Of a stretch of 64,000 nt of DNA, positions 34,301 through 46,350 are shown in pieces. Under the pieces are notes generated by a model, which saw nothing but the letters and a program-made list of their open reading frames with translations, was not told the origin of the DNA and did no database searches. The DNA is taken from the NCBI RefSeq assembly GCF_021028975.2, contig NC_059428.1:138756001-138820000 (forward strand), written 5' to 3'. The DNA is from Sphaerodactylus townsendi. Taxonomy: Eukaryota. Made by a program: the position numbers and the translations under genes. Each line of letters begins with the position of its first letter. Position 1 is the first letter of the stretch.

Positions 34301-36254
34301 TCCCAGCAAGTGGGCCCCACCCAGGCTGGCTCCCCGGAGGAGCTCAGGAATCCGGCAGGAGGGAGACTGTGGGGCAGGGAGGGTGGCCACGCCAGCCAGC
34401 CTGCTTCCTGCCCGTGCGGCTGGGGGCGGGGGGGGGGGCACGCCGGAAGGCAGGCGAGTGAGCAGCCAGAGGGGCAGATATTGCAGGACTGGTCCTCAAT
34501 GTCCAAAGAATTCCCTTCCCCACTGGTGTGGGGGGAAATGGCCCCCTCTGGTTGTGCTCTTGCCTGTTTCTAGTGGCCAGTCTGGGGCTGGGCAGGGAGA
34601 CGGGCCCTGGCTGGGTGGACACTGGTGACTCCACCTGGCCTCGGACTTGGTGACCCCCCCACCCCCACCCTGCTCCTGTGAGCAGCTCAGCATCTCCTGC
34701 AGGGGCTGGGGCACTGCCCACGCTTGCCTGCTGGGGCTGAGCAGAGGGGGGTGGGGACTCACCAGGGTGGGAGGGAGGGAGGCGTGGGAGAGGCCCTGGC
34801 AAGGAGGGGCAGGGCTGCTTTTGTGCTCTTTGGGAACAGACTCGGCGGGTTTCTTAGAGGGGGGAGCCTCTTCCTATGGGCTGTTTTGCTCTGCTGAGGA
34901 AAAGCAGAGGGGGCCATTCAGTGCAGAAGTCAGTAGTAGACCTCTGAGCTGCTGCCTGGTTGGGGGGGGGTTCTTCCTGCCCAAGCGGGGGTACCTCTCC
35001 CTTCCCCGACCCCTCCGCCGCCCCATGACAGCCCACAGCCCCCTCTCTGGCTTGCCTGACTGCCCGGGCCAGGCCGTGTGTGGCCTTTTTTCCTCCCGTG
35101 TGGGGGTGGGGGGCACGCAGCCTCTTAAGGTTTCTAGGGTCCAGGTTCTTCTGAACTGTAACCCTCCCCTTCAGTTTCCAGGTGTTCTACAGGTAGCAAA
35201 TGCATCAGCTTGGGGGGTGCTGCTGGGAGGCAAGTTTGCGCGGTGCACAAAGAGAGCACTGAGATCACTGAGGCTGGTTCTTGGTACCCTCTGCTTAGAT
35301 TCACACTCTTCCTGGTGTAATGCATAAACAAGTAAGAAGATTTATTTCTTGACAAGTCAAAGGAACAGACCGGCTGCACAGATCTCCAGGTAGACAAAGG
35401 GGGAAAATGTGACACTTGTTATAGCTTCCGAGAGTCATTAGCCTTTGGTGTCATGTTTGCGGGCACAAATAGGCTTTTGTTGAGTAGCCACTAGGTTGGA
35501 CCCTCTTTCATACCCGGGATTCTAGCCTGCCCTTTCCCCAGAGGGGTCTGCTCCTCCCCAGAGACAGGTGAATCCCGGAGACTCAACCACTCTGCCACAC
35601 TGCCAGGCCGAGCTGCCCTTGCCTTGGCCTGTTTTCCCCCCTGAGAGTTCCCCCTGCTTTCTCCCCGAGGTAGAATTCAGCTCTCCCTTCTCCTGGGGTC
35701 CCTCCTCCAAGGTGTTGGGATGCTGGAGCTGCCTCTTGTGGGCTCCTCTCAGTGTCTGATTTTCCCTTGGGGGTGGGACGGCCTCCTGCTTGTCACAGCC
35801 CCCCCCCCCAGGTCCTTCTGCATTCCTGTGGCTCTGAGCCGTGGCCGCCTGCCAAGCCAGAGTGGGGAGTGGAGCCGGAGCCGTCCTGTTCCTCCCAGGC
35901 TGGCCTATCCAGCAGGTGCGGTCCAAAACCAGGGGCCCGCCGAGTGGAAGTCCTTGCTTCCTGCCCGCTCCCTCCATTCATGCGCCTCTTGGCCGCGGCT
36001 GCAGACGACGGGGTGGGGCGAGTACTGGGCTGGCCAGCTGGCTAGCAAGAAGGGAGGGAGGACGGGCAGGGCAGGGCCGGCCATGGGAAAACAAACCAAG
36101 CTGCGGGCTGCGCACGGAGGACCAGACCAGCCACAGACCCTGCTGGGGAAGGCGCCTTGGAGCCTCTGCAGACGCATACAAGGAGGCCAAGGGGGCTCTT
36201 GGATGTCCGTTTCCTCCGCTTTGAGTAGTGGTTAGAGCTGAGTAGTGGTTAGAG

Positions 36255-36400
36255 CAGTGGTGGCAAACCTTTGGCACTCCAGATGTTATGGACTACAATT
36301 CCCATCAGCCCCTGCCAGCATGGCCAATTGGCCATGCTGGCAGGGGCTGATGGGAATTGTAGTCCATGACATCTGGAGTGCCAAAGGTTCGCCACCACGG
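36255..36400. mobile_element. Palindromic hAT MITE inserted in the head of an older SINE (36240-36566)
   Basis: Almost perfect 146-bp palindrome; TSD ggttagag/ggttaaga. Confidence 0.85.
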
Positions 36401-36766
36401 GGTTAAGAGTGTGCAGCTAGGATTTGGGAGACTCAGGTCCACTTTTCCAAGCCAGTGTGCACTCTCAGTTTTACCTACCTTGCAGGGTTGTTGTGGAGAT
36501 AAAACAGATGAGAAGAACAGTGTAAGGCACTTTGGGTCCCCACTGGGGTATAAGCGATGTAAATAAAGATGCACAAATAAACACCCAGGACTCTAGCCAG
36601 TGGTGGGCACATCTGGACCCGTTTGAGCCCACTTTGTTTTCTCAGAGCGCAGCAGCTCTGCATCCAGATGTTTAATATGTTGGTCCTCAGCACGGTTTAC
36701 GTATGTGTCTCACAGCACGCCCTCCCCCCAGTGCAGGATCCGAGGGGTGCCCTGTTTCATTAGGGA

Positions 36767-36959
36767 TAGGGTTGCCAACTCTGGACAGGGAAATCCGGGG
36801 GATTTGGGGGAAGGCAGCATTTGGGGCGTGAGCTCAGCAGCAGGGTAAAATGCCGCAGTGGCCACGCTCCAAAGCACCCGTTCTCTCTGGGGGAACTAAT
36901 CTCTGTGGTACGGTAATTTCGGGAACTCTCTGGGCCTTTCCTGGAGGTTGGCAACCCTT
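36767..36959. mobile_element. Non-autonomous hAT (Tip100-like TIR tagggttgcca)
   Basis: tagggttgccaact...aggttggcaaccct; related partial copy at ~46405-46550. Confidence 0.7.
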
Positions 36960-38559
36960 CTTGGATTCATCTCGGGCCTAGCAGACAGCCCTAAAGCTTC
37001 CAAGCAGGGACTTGCTTGGGGTCAGCCCCCCCCCCCCCCCTTCAGAAGCCTTTGGGAGAAGGAAGGAAAAGGCAGCAGCATTATCAGAGAAACCAGCCAA
37101 GGCCTGGGGAAAGGGTCTCCCAGCAGGCAGGCTTCTACCTTGCAAGAGCAGAAGCACAGCTGCCCAGTTGGATGCCCGCCTGAGGGACCCGCCGTGGACT
37201 TTCCCCTTAGTGTCCAGGAGGTGGGGGGCAGATCTCTCCTTCTTCCTTTTGGGAGTTCTTTGTGTGATGCATGTCCATCTCTCCCTTGCGCTGACCTGGC
37301 CTCCTCTTTCTTCACCTGCCCCTCAGCCGGTGCCCCCCACCCCCATTGGGGCCTGAACAGGGCGCCCCTCCCATCCTGGCTCCCATTCCCAGTGACGTGT
37401 GCCGTGCCTGTCTTCATTGTGCATGCACTGGTGTGGCGATACAGTTTGCAGCGGTCAGAGTTCAGAAAGGCTAGTCATCCTTTGGGTCTGCCGCAGGCTG
37501 TCCTTTATTGATGGGAAAGATTTGTAGGGCTGCCTCCCTCCCTCCATCCCTCCCTCGCTCCCGGCACTTGGGGCTCCAAATGGGTAACAGCACAGCTGAA
37601 AATAGTTGCCATGAAGCAACAAAAAAAAACACTGGAGGTCACAAACCCCACTTCTTCCCACACTGTCAAAATGGCTTCCCTCTTGGGGCCTCTCCTGAAA
37701 TGCTGTGACGGTGGGGGCTTTTCCGTATTCTCTCAGGCAGGCTGTCCTGAGACTGGGGAGCCACCACTGAAAAAGGTTGCCAGGCTGCCTGAGACCCCCC
37801 CCCCCCCATCCCACCCCCCAACCTCCAGGGGCAGACTGTGCCGCTGGCTTGGGAAGCAGGCAATTCCACCCCATTTGCCCCATATGGATCTTCCCCCAGA
37901 TGCCCTTGCTGGAAGGCAGGGTGTGAGGGCGGGCCAGAGACCAGGGACCAGGATGCACAGGTGACTTTCGAGGTCTTTGTCACACACCCTTTTCCCTACC
38001 TCTCTTGGCAAGTGCAGGTGCTTGGGAGGAAGGGAGCGGTGCCTCTGGCCAAGGGGGGCTGCTCTCCATCAGGCAGGAGGGCTGGTTTGAGTTTCCAGAG
38101 GTGTCAGCAGAGCGTGGCTGCCCACCTCTGCAAACGCCACCTCTTGGCAGGCTCTGGAGGGGGGAGGATGAGGAGCTCAGGGCCTGCCCCCCTTTCCTCT
38201 GCAAAGCGAAGGCCCGGGTGGGGAGGGGAAGAGAAGGTGTTGACCTGTTGTGAGCACCACAGGCAGTGAGTGGACTGCCGAGTGAGTGGACTCTTAGGCC
38301 CAGGTGCAGCCAAAGGGCTGGAACATCTTGCCTGCACAACACCCATGCCCCCCCCCCTCCCCCGGCAAGATGTCCTATTTTTTGCCAAGCTCTGGGCACA
38401 ACGCAGACAGGCAGCATTTCCAGGGAGGCAGGCAGATGTTCAGGGTTCAGAAGCTGGGTGTTGGCATTGCAGCAGGGGGTCCAGCTGCCTCACCCTCTCT
38501 GCTCCTCTGGCAGGTTGGGCAAGGCCTCCTTCCTGCCCCCCTCTCCCTCGCCTGGCATC

Positions 38560-38740
38560 ATGCATTCCCTGGACGAACCTCTCGACCTGAAGCTCAGCAT
38601 CTCCAAGCTGCGGGCGACGAGGGAGAAAAGTGACAAGGGGCTGGGCAGCTGGGTTACAAGGGGCGCACGACCACGAAGTCTCCTGGGGTCTCCTGAGGAT
38701 GGCACCATGCCAGTTCACAGTCCCGGCTCCCCCCCTGACA
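38560..38740 (+). CDS. GLIS2: GLIS2 coding exon 1
   Basis: [23 protein letters not shown]...SPGSPPD+A|gtgagt; upstream acceptor ctggcag| at 38513. Confidence 0.93.
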
Positions 38741-41700
38741 GTGAGTGCAGGGCCCAGGGGGGGGGGGGAGCAGAGTGGGGTGCAATCTTGGGTTGAGGCT
38801 GGCACAAACCTTTGCCTCTGGCTGGCACGGAGGGTTATGGGATGGGGTGCCTCAGGGGCTGCCAAATACCCTCCATTTCCTCCCCCGCCCCATGCCTCTA
38901 TTGTGCAGCAGGTCTCTTGGCACACTCCAAAGGACGTGAGGACTTCTCCTCGCCCCCCACCATTGACCTGAGCCTGTCTCCACCTTCAGGCCTGGACTCC
39001 CCCAGCGGCAGCACCTCCCTCTCCCCGGACAGACCCAGCAGCGGGGAGCTGGTGAGCTCCGCCACCCTCCGAGTGAGTTGCTCTTCTGTGGCTCTATGTG
39101 TGTGTGTGTGGGGGGGGGGAGAAGGGGGAGCGGGGGAAGGGGCCTAAGCAAAGCAGGGTGAATGGAGGCCTGGCCAGTGCCTCCAAGATCCTAATTTGGC
39201 CCTCTGAATTACTACGGCACTGACCGTATGGGGTGCTTCAGGGACTCCAGGTGGACACTCTGCTCTCCCTCCTCCTCCTTCCCCCCACGGAGTGCAAAGT
39301 GGTTTAAAAATGCTGCTGTGCTGCTCCCTACAACAGGCCTGCAAGGTAGGGCATGCGTAAACATGTCCTCTGGTCCCCCTGCACAGGAGCTCCAGTCCCT
39401 GCGCTACATCGAAGGCCTGCAGCGCTCCTTCCAGTTCTTCCTGCCCCTGAGCTCTGGGGGCATGCTGCACCTGCCTGCCTCGGCTTTCCTGGGCCCCCCC
39501 AAGGAGAAGCGGCTCTCCCCAGACCTCCCCCTTCAGAAGCAGCTGGTGTGCCGGTGGGCCAAGGTGAGAGAGGACTGGGTGCATCAAGCACTGCTGGCGG
39601 GTACCTCTGTTCTCCCCACAAGCCACCAAATGCCCCCTTCTTCCTCCTGCCCCCCACAGTGTAACCAGCTCTTTGATCTGCTGCAAGACCTTGTGGACCA
39701 CGTCAACGACTTCCACGTCAAGCCCGAGAAGGACACCGGCTACTGCTGCCACTGGGAGGGATGTGCGCGCCACGGCCGGGGTTTCAATGCCAGGTGAGCC
39801 TGTTCCCGGGGGCCCCTTGCCATGCGACTGCCCAGCTGAGCCCGGAGGGGTGGAATGAGCCACTGCTGATGTGGAGGTTGGCTTGAGCTGCTGCGGAGTA
39901 GGGGGGGAGCCAGGGTCACGTTCCACTCAGCCATAAAACCATGTAACCTCGCAGGGTTGTAGTAAGGGGCCCCCCCTCGCTTCAGCCCCAGCCCCCATCA
40001 GCCAGGATACTCATAAGGAGCTGCCAAGATGCGTCCCTCCTTCCCTCAAGCACCCCCAATGCAGAAGCACTGCTGTGCCTCCTGTCCAGGGAGACTTGTG
40101 TCCAAGGAGGAAGCCCTGGGGGTGGCGGACACAGCCAGGGGTGTGTGTGGGGGTGTGTGTTGGCGTAGCTTAGGCCCGGTTCTTTCCCAAGAGCCTATTT
40201 TTAACATCGGGCCTCTGCCTGACTCAGGAGCTGGCCTGCCTGCCTGCCTTGGGGGGGCCCAGGCGGAGCTGTGAGGGGGGCACCAGGCGGAGAGTCACTT
40301 TTTGAACGGCCTGAAAGGGGGGGGGCAGCCACCATGACCTGGCTGGCCAAAGTAGCCCCTCTCTTCGTCAGATCTTGGAAGCCAAGCAGGGTCTGCCCAG
40401 GTTGGCACTTGAATGGGCGACCCCCAAGGAAGTCCAGGGTTGGGGTGCGGAGGCAGGCGGGGAAACCACCTCTGTTAGTCTCTCGCCTTTAAAACCCCAC
40501 GGATGGCGAAAAAACAAAATGAAAGAGGGGAACCTGGCCCAGTGCCCTCCCTGTGGCTCGGAGGCGGCACTTTGGGCACCTTTTGGGTGGAGGAAAAGGG
40601 GAGAGCAGCGGCCGCTCATTCTTCCCCTCCTGCAGGTACAAGATGCTGATCCACATTCGCACCCACACCAACGAGAAGCCGCATCGCTGCCCCACCTGCA
40701 ACAAAAGCTTCTCCCGGCTGGAAAACCTCAAGATCCACAACCGCTCCCACACAGGTGAGTGGCCAGGTGGGGTGATTAGCTTTTTGTGCGCCATTGCCGT
40801 GGCGGCAGCAGGCCTTCTGTCTCTTCCTCGCACTGTGGCATCCGGCCAGCACGCGTGTGCACGCTTCGCTTGGGATTGCGAGGGTCTGCCAGCTGCCACA
40901 ATTGGTTCCCTTTGTTGCTTGGGAATGCGCCAAAGCACTGGGTGCGGGGGAGTTGCAAACACTCCCACTTGCTGAATCCATCCATGGTGCTCAGCCCCCA
41001 GCCCCTCCTGAGTCTCTGCTGCCTCAATGGCTGTGCTTGGGGACAACCCCAGTGGAACAAGGGATTCCCTCCCGCATCTTGTTAAAAGGGAATCCATCTG
41101 TAATTCTGATAGTACAAAAGAATAAAGGGCTGAGTTTGGTTCTCTGAAGTTTTAACCGGCAAACCAGACAGAATGCTGGGAAGAAACTTTTTTTATCTTT
41201 CTCTGAGAATAGAAAAGATTCTCTTTAGAGCAAGAGAAAAAAAAATATACAGGCATGAAAAAATGGGTCAAACAATTACTGGGAAGATAAATGCTAAAAT
41301 TATCAAAGTTTCTAGCATCGCTTAATCATGTCAGAGCCAGCAATAGCTTTAAAAGCCAATCAGGTTTCAGCTATTGCTGCATTTAGGGGTTATTCAAGCG
41401 GCCAAATTATCTCACCTGGTCTTCTTATGAGACTTCCATCCAGGGAAATCTGGTTTGCTTGTCACAGTTGTGCGTGTCTGTAGTCCTCTTTCTGGACAGT
41501 TATCTTTCTCTCAAGTCTGTTCTAGCATAGTCATCGAGTTATCATCAACTGATTGATTCTTAAATATGAGATAATCAAAGTAAGGGCCAATCAGCAGAAC
41601 ACAGATGAGTTACATCTGATATGGCAAGATAAGAAGGCCAATCTCAGCTGCAATTAATCTAACTTTTCTGCAAGTGTTTCAATTAACCGTCAAAGTCAAA

Positions 41701-42716
41701 AATAGCTTCAAGCAAACACGGTTTACAGACAGCTTAAAAGTGTGTGAACTCTCAGTTAATTTCTAAGCTCTGCAAGAAAAGCGTGGGGATGGTGTAGCTA
41801 CCACACCAGTGCCAGGCAGGGGGTCCCAGAGTGGCACAAGACCCCCACCCCCACCCTGCCAGGGCTGGGATCCTGCCACACATGCTCTTCTCAGGTGTGT
41901 CTGTCCTCTCACCCCTCCCTCGCAGGCGAGAAGCCCTACGTCTGCCCCTACGAGGGCTGCAACAAACGCTACTCCAACTCGAGTGACCGCTTCAAGCACA
42001 CGCGCACCCACTACGTGGACAAGCCCTACTTCTGCAAGATGCCCGGCTGCCATAAGCGCTACACCGACCCCAGCTCCTTGCGCAAGCACATCAAGGCGCA
42101 TGGCCACTTCATCTCCCAGGAGCAGCAGGAGTTGCTGAAGCTGCAGCCGCCTGCCAAGGCCCACCCCGCCGGTGCCACAGACTTGCCCTTCATCAGCGGG
42201 GCGCAGCTGGTCATCCCCAACCCTGCCGCCCTTTTTGGGGGCCACAGCCTGCCTCTGCCCCTGCCGCCTGCCCCACTGGACCTCAGCACCTTCACCTGCG
42301 GTGGGATTGGAGCTGCCGCGCTGCCAGGCCTGCCCGGGCCCATGATGGCGCCCCTGAACTTGGCCAAGAACCCCCTGCTCTCCTCCACCTTCACCGCCAG
42401 TGGCCTGGGACTGCCCATCGTGTCTCTGCTTGCCGGGGCTTCTGCCAAAGCTGGGGCCGAGAGGGGTCACCTGGGCTGCGGCCCCAGGCCAGGTAGAGGC
42501 AGCTGCCCGCAGGGCCCCCAGAGCTGCAAGGAGGCCAACGAGCGGGCTGAGCTGGCCAGGCGTCGGTCCCCCCCAGAGGGCCTCTCGCTGCTTCCAGGGG
42601 CCGTCTTGGACCTGACAACGGGCGTGAACTCGGGGGGAAGCACCGACACCCTGCCTCCGGGCTGGGTGGTCATCCCGACGGGCTCCGTTTTGCCGAAGCA
42701 AGCCGTGGTGAACTGA
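38560..42716 (+). CDS. GLIS2: GLIS family zinc finger 2, full gene span, 6 coding exons, ~521 aa
   Basis: join(38560-38740,38909-39072,39387-39563,39660-39793,40636-40754,41926-42716) = 1566 nt. Start [18 protein letters not shown], five Gli-type C2H2 fingers, C-terminus [19 protein letters not shown]. Confidence 0.97.
38909..39072 (+). CDS. GLIS2: GLIS2 coding exon 2 (alternative start 38912)
   Basis: [41 protein letters not shown]...ATLR|gtgagt; tandem CAGCAG acceptor. Confidence 0.9.
39387..39563 (+). CDS. GLIS2: GLIS2 coding exon 3
   Basis: [21 protein letters not shown]...KQLVCRWAK|gtgaga, 177 nt. Confidence 0.95.
39660..39793 (+). CDS. GLIS2: GLIS2 coding exon 4 (ZF1-ZF2)
   Basis: [44 protein letters not shown], 134 nt. 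Confidence 0.96.
40636..40754 (+). CDS. GLIS2: GLIS2 coding exon 5 (ZF2-ZF3)
   Basis: [39 protein letters not shown], 119 nt. Confidence 0.96.
41080..41766. mobile_element. Possible solo LTR in GLIS2 last intron
   Basis: Abrupt AT-rich 690-bp island starting tgttaa and ending ttctaa, three CCAATC motifs, no ORF; TSD not clean. Confidence 0.45.
41926..42716 (+). CDS. GLIS2: GLIS2 last coding exon (ZF4-ZF5, C-terminus)
   Basis: [59 protein letters not shown]...AVVN*. Confidence 0.96.
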
Positions 42717-44581
42717 TGGGGGCCGGAGGGACTTTGGGGCTTCCCTGGGAGAACTGCAGCGGGGGGGAGGGGTTGCTGTTGCCTCACTTGAGAGGCCACA
42801 TTCTGACTCACAACGGTGGAAGAAAGGGACCATGGCTGTGCCTTGAAGCCTCCAAAAAAAGGCCCATAAGGTCCGTTTGGCTCCCCCTTGCCTCGTGTCA
42901 CGCCCAGACCATTGCTACCCCCTCCCTCTCCCCCCCCCAGCACTTTCCGCAGGACCACCCCTGGGTTTCTGGCTCTTCTGAGAAAAGCAATAAGGCTGCG
43001 GCCAGGAGACCCGGCCACCCTCCCACCCCACCCCAAGCTAGGAACCGTGCAGAGGATGGTTGGCCCTGGGGGGCGGCTGCTCCCCCCAACTCCTTCCCAG
43101 CGCACAGTTCTGCATACTTTTTGCTTCACCTTGGTCATTTGTTGCGGGGAGGGGAGTTAAGCCACCTCTCGCTATGTTCATACATCTGGACAGAAAAAAG
43201 GCAAGCCCGCGATTCAGCCCCTCCCCCCTTCCCTGATCACACCTCCCCATTAGCTTGGGGGGCAAACCCTGTCAGGAGCCCAGCCCCTCCCTTCAGCCAG
43301 AGAATGAGCGTGTGTTGACGGAGGGGGGGGAGGTGCCAATTTGCTGCCCAGACACAGAACCACTTTGGATCCGAGTTGCTGTCTTCCAGCCGCCCCCCGC
43401 CCCCGCTTGCAAGCAGCTCCCCAGCCTCTGCCCGACAAGGTGTGCCAAAGAGGCACGCTGCTCACCTGCCCCCCTTTCCCTGACGTGGAGGAACTGAAAT
43501 ATTCTCTTCCCCCGAGCGAGCTGCATGGTGTTTTATTCAAGCAGCCAAGCAAAAGGCAGCCAAGTGGGAGGGGGGAAGGTGTTCTTTGCTGAAGCAATGG
43601 TATGTTTGTACCCTCCCTGCAATGAGGAATGTCCCTTTCTTCTAGACAGAAAGGGTTGGAGGGCACGCACACCTCCACCCCGAGGAAAGAGACCCTGCCC
43701 AAGAGCCAGTGAGCGTGGTTGCTCTCTTGTGCCACCTGAGAACATGCTCTGGCACTCAGTTAGCATTTGTGGGCCTGCCCCACAGGGCTCCACAGTGGGT
43801 CAGGAGACAGCATAGACTTGTGGCGCTTGAAAGCCACCAAGTGCTGTGCCCTTTGGCTCAAGAACGCACGGCAAGACCTCAAGGGAGTCCTGGTGGGCAC
43901 ACTGGGTGGGCCTGTCTTTGTGAACCTTTCCAGTTGGCAAAGGTGGTCCCTGCGTGATAGTGGAGACAGCAAGCGGCTCTCCAGCTCCCTCGTCTGCTGG
44001 CTGCTTTGTGCCCCACCCTCAGTCTTCTACTTGGCCATGCTGTGCTGGAGGAGCCCTTGTATCTGTTGACTGCCCCCCGGTTTTGGTGGGGTCACTCCAC
44101 ATCTCAGTCCCCGAACAAGGGGGTCCCTGCTCTCCATGTCCTTCTTGCAGCGGGACTCCTGCTACGGGATTCTCTTTGCTCTCTGCTGCAGCCGCCGCCT
44201 GGAGCACCGCCCCCGGAGCCAAACACCTGCCACAAAACGCCCGGGTGCTGTGAGGCAGGTGCCACGCCCAGGCGGGGGAGCTGGCCTCCCGACTGTGAGG
44301 GTCCCCCTGTGGATCCGGTGAGAGAGCAGCACTCTGATGGGTCCCGAGCGTTTCATTTTGTTGACCGACCAGCCGGCCTGCCGGCTGGTGGACATTTCCG
44401 TTTTGTCTGCTGCCCGTCCTTCCCTATCCATCAGTATTTTAACACTTCCTAAGTGCCTTTTGATTGTAGCCTGTTGTTTTCTGCTCTCTCCTTTTCCGTC
44501 CCTCATTGTTAGCATAGTTTCAAACTGAAAGAGATAAGCTATGACCTCACCCTCCTCAGAGAGGATGTTTATCAAGGAAAC

Positions 44582-44587
44582 AATAAA
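44582..44587 (+). terminator. GLIS2 poly(A) signal AATAAA
   Basis: AATAAA ~1.87 kb after the stop, followed by U/GU-rich sequence. Confidence 0.7.
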
Positions 44588-45014
44588 GTGAATCTGAACA
44601 TTTTCTGTGGCTCCAGCTGTTCTCCATTGGGGGGGGGGGGAGAGAAGCAGCAAGCCGTCTTTTCACGGGGTCTGTAGGGTCATGATGAAAGAGCTGCTGG
44701 GTGTCCTGCTTCTTGATGCCCGGGGGGTGGGGGGGTGAGCATAAAGCCATGCAGAGATTGCCCTTAACCGACAGCTCCACGTGATTTCTTGAGAGAGGCC
44801 GGAAAGCTTTGATTTTTGAAAAAACAGGAAAGTTGACTCTTTGGGATCCAACTTCCAACTGGAAAGTGGGGGGGGGGGGAGCTCAAGTTTTTGCCAGCAA
44901 CAGCTGCCCAGCACGTCAAGAGAGTGGGGGGAAACACCCTCCCACATTGCCCCACAGAACCCCCTGCCCCAAAGCCCCCTCAGAACGCTTGACTCACAGC
45001 GACAGAAGGAGAAA

Positions 45015-45020
45015 TTTATT
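45015..45020 (-). terminator. PAM16 poly(A) signal AATAAA
   Basis: TTTATT on + strand 50 nt past the PAM16 stop. Confidence 0.8.
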
Positions 45021-45070
45021 GTTTGGCTATAACTTAAATGGTGCTCAAGGGGAGGGGGGGGAGGGGGGTG

Positions 45071-45157
45071 CTACGTGTCCGGCCTGCGCTCTGTGTCTGG
45101 TCCTCCCTGGGGCTGGGTCCGCAGTTCATCGTCCAGCCGCTCCTTGGCTCTCACCAC
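45071..45157 (-). CDS. PAM16: PAM16 exon 5
   Basis: [28 protein letters not shown]. Confidence 0.94.
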   Translation of the reverse strand: MVRAKERLDDELRTQPQGGPDTERRPDT

Positions 45158-46163
45158 CTGCAGGGCAGAGGCAGGGTTAGTTAGCAAAGGGCGCTTGTCA
45201 GGAATTGCCTGGCAGCCAAGGCAGAACTCCCCTTCTCCCCACACACCCACCTGCCAGGACTAGAGAAGATGCTTTGGGGGGGGGTTGGTTCTCCTCTTCC
45301 CTAATTAACTTTCAGAACCCTGTGAGGAGGGCTAGGGCTTGCGTGCATGTGACTGCCGCCCAGCGAGCTTCCAAGGTGTGAGTGGGGATCTGAACCGGGA
45401 CTTGCCGGATCTTGGTCTGAGCCTGCGGGACCCGAGCCCCAGTCGTGGCTCCTCCCTCTTTCCCACCCTCCCACTCACCTTGGACTGCAGATAGAAGGAG
45501 CCCCCCACGGCCTTGTCGTTCACTTTGAATAGATGCTCGTAGTTCTGCAGGGAGAAGCCGGAGAGGGGCGTCGGTCGGGGGCAGCATTCGGGGAGGTGTG
45601 GGTGGAGGGGGGGGTGTATCCCTGCCCAGTACGCATGCGCACAGCAAGGGGGGTTGTCACCGGTGCCGCCATTTTACCTTCTGGACGAGCTCTGGGTCCA
45701 GCGTGGAGACATTGAGGATCTGCTGGGCTTCCTGCAGAGTTACTCCGGAGGCGCTAGAGGCGGCGGCCTCGGCGTGGGGGCGACCTCGGGCTCCTGCGGC
45801 GGCTTGGCTGGCTGAGGGCCGGAAGGAAGGGTCAGGGCGGGGGGCTACGAGACCCCCAAGACCCCCGGGGGAGGGGGGGAGACCGACTCACCTGCGAACT
45901 CCTGGCGCAGCGCCCGCGCAAAGGCCCTGCCCACCACCTGCACGCCCACCAGCACGATCTGCGCCAGGTACTTGGCCTGCAACGGAAGTTCGCGCCGCTC
46001 AGCACAAGAGGGGGGGCGCTCAGGCGGAGCCCCCTTTCCCCCTCGCGCGGTACTCCGCCCTCCCGCCCCCGCCCGCCGCATGGCGGGGCTTGGAGAGGGA
46101 GGCGCCCTTCCTCCTCCGGAGGGGTCCGAGCTGCTTCCCCCCTCCCCGCCTGCCTCTCACCAT
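45071..46163 (-). CDS. PAM16: Presequence translocase-associated motor 16 (Tim16/Magmas), 5 exons, 124 aa
   Basis: join(46161-46163,45892-45976,45678-45811,45479-45544,45071-45157) = 375 nt: [125 protein letters not shown]-like domain lacks HPD (DKA instead). Confidence 0.96.
45479..45544 (-). CDS. PAM16: PAM16 exon 4
   Basis: [22 protein letters not shown], 66 nt. Confidence 0.95.
45678..45811 (-). CDS. PAM16: PAM16 exon 3
   Basis: SQAAAGARG...[21 protein letters not shown]|gtaaaa, 134 nt. Confidence 0.94.
45892..45976 (-). CDS. PAM16: PAM16 exon 2
   Basis: [28 protein letters not shown]+G|gtgagt, 85 nt. Confidence 0.95.
46161..46163 (-). CDS. PAM16: PAM16 exon 1 (ATG only)
   Basis: ttccATG|gtgaga, phase-0 join to exon 2. 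Confidence 0.85.
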
Positions 46164-46350
46164 GGAACACGGAGGGATCCCGGGGAGGATCGCGCGGCCG
46201 CCGGTCCAGGAGGCACCATCGAGGCGGAGCGGCCGGAAGCGTCCTGGGACCGAACGGCGCCCTCCGGTGGCCGGAGGCCCTCTCGCACGTGAACTCGTCT
46301 CGTGTGAACCATTTTCCTGTTCCTCCCCCCCCACTCCTCAGAGCGTCACC
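46164..46350 (-). promoter_or_regulatory. PAM16 CpG-island promoter / 5' UTR
   Basis: CpG-rich; ETS/GABP-type CCGGAAG at 46233-46239 and E-box CACGTG at 46286-46291. Confidence 0.6.
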
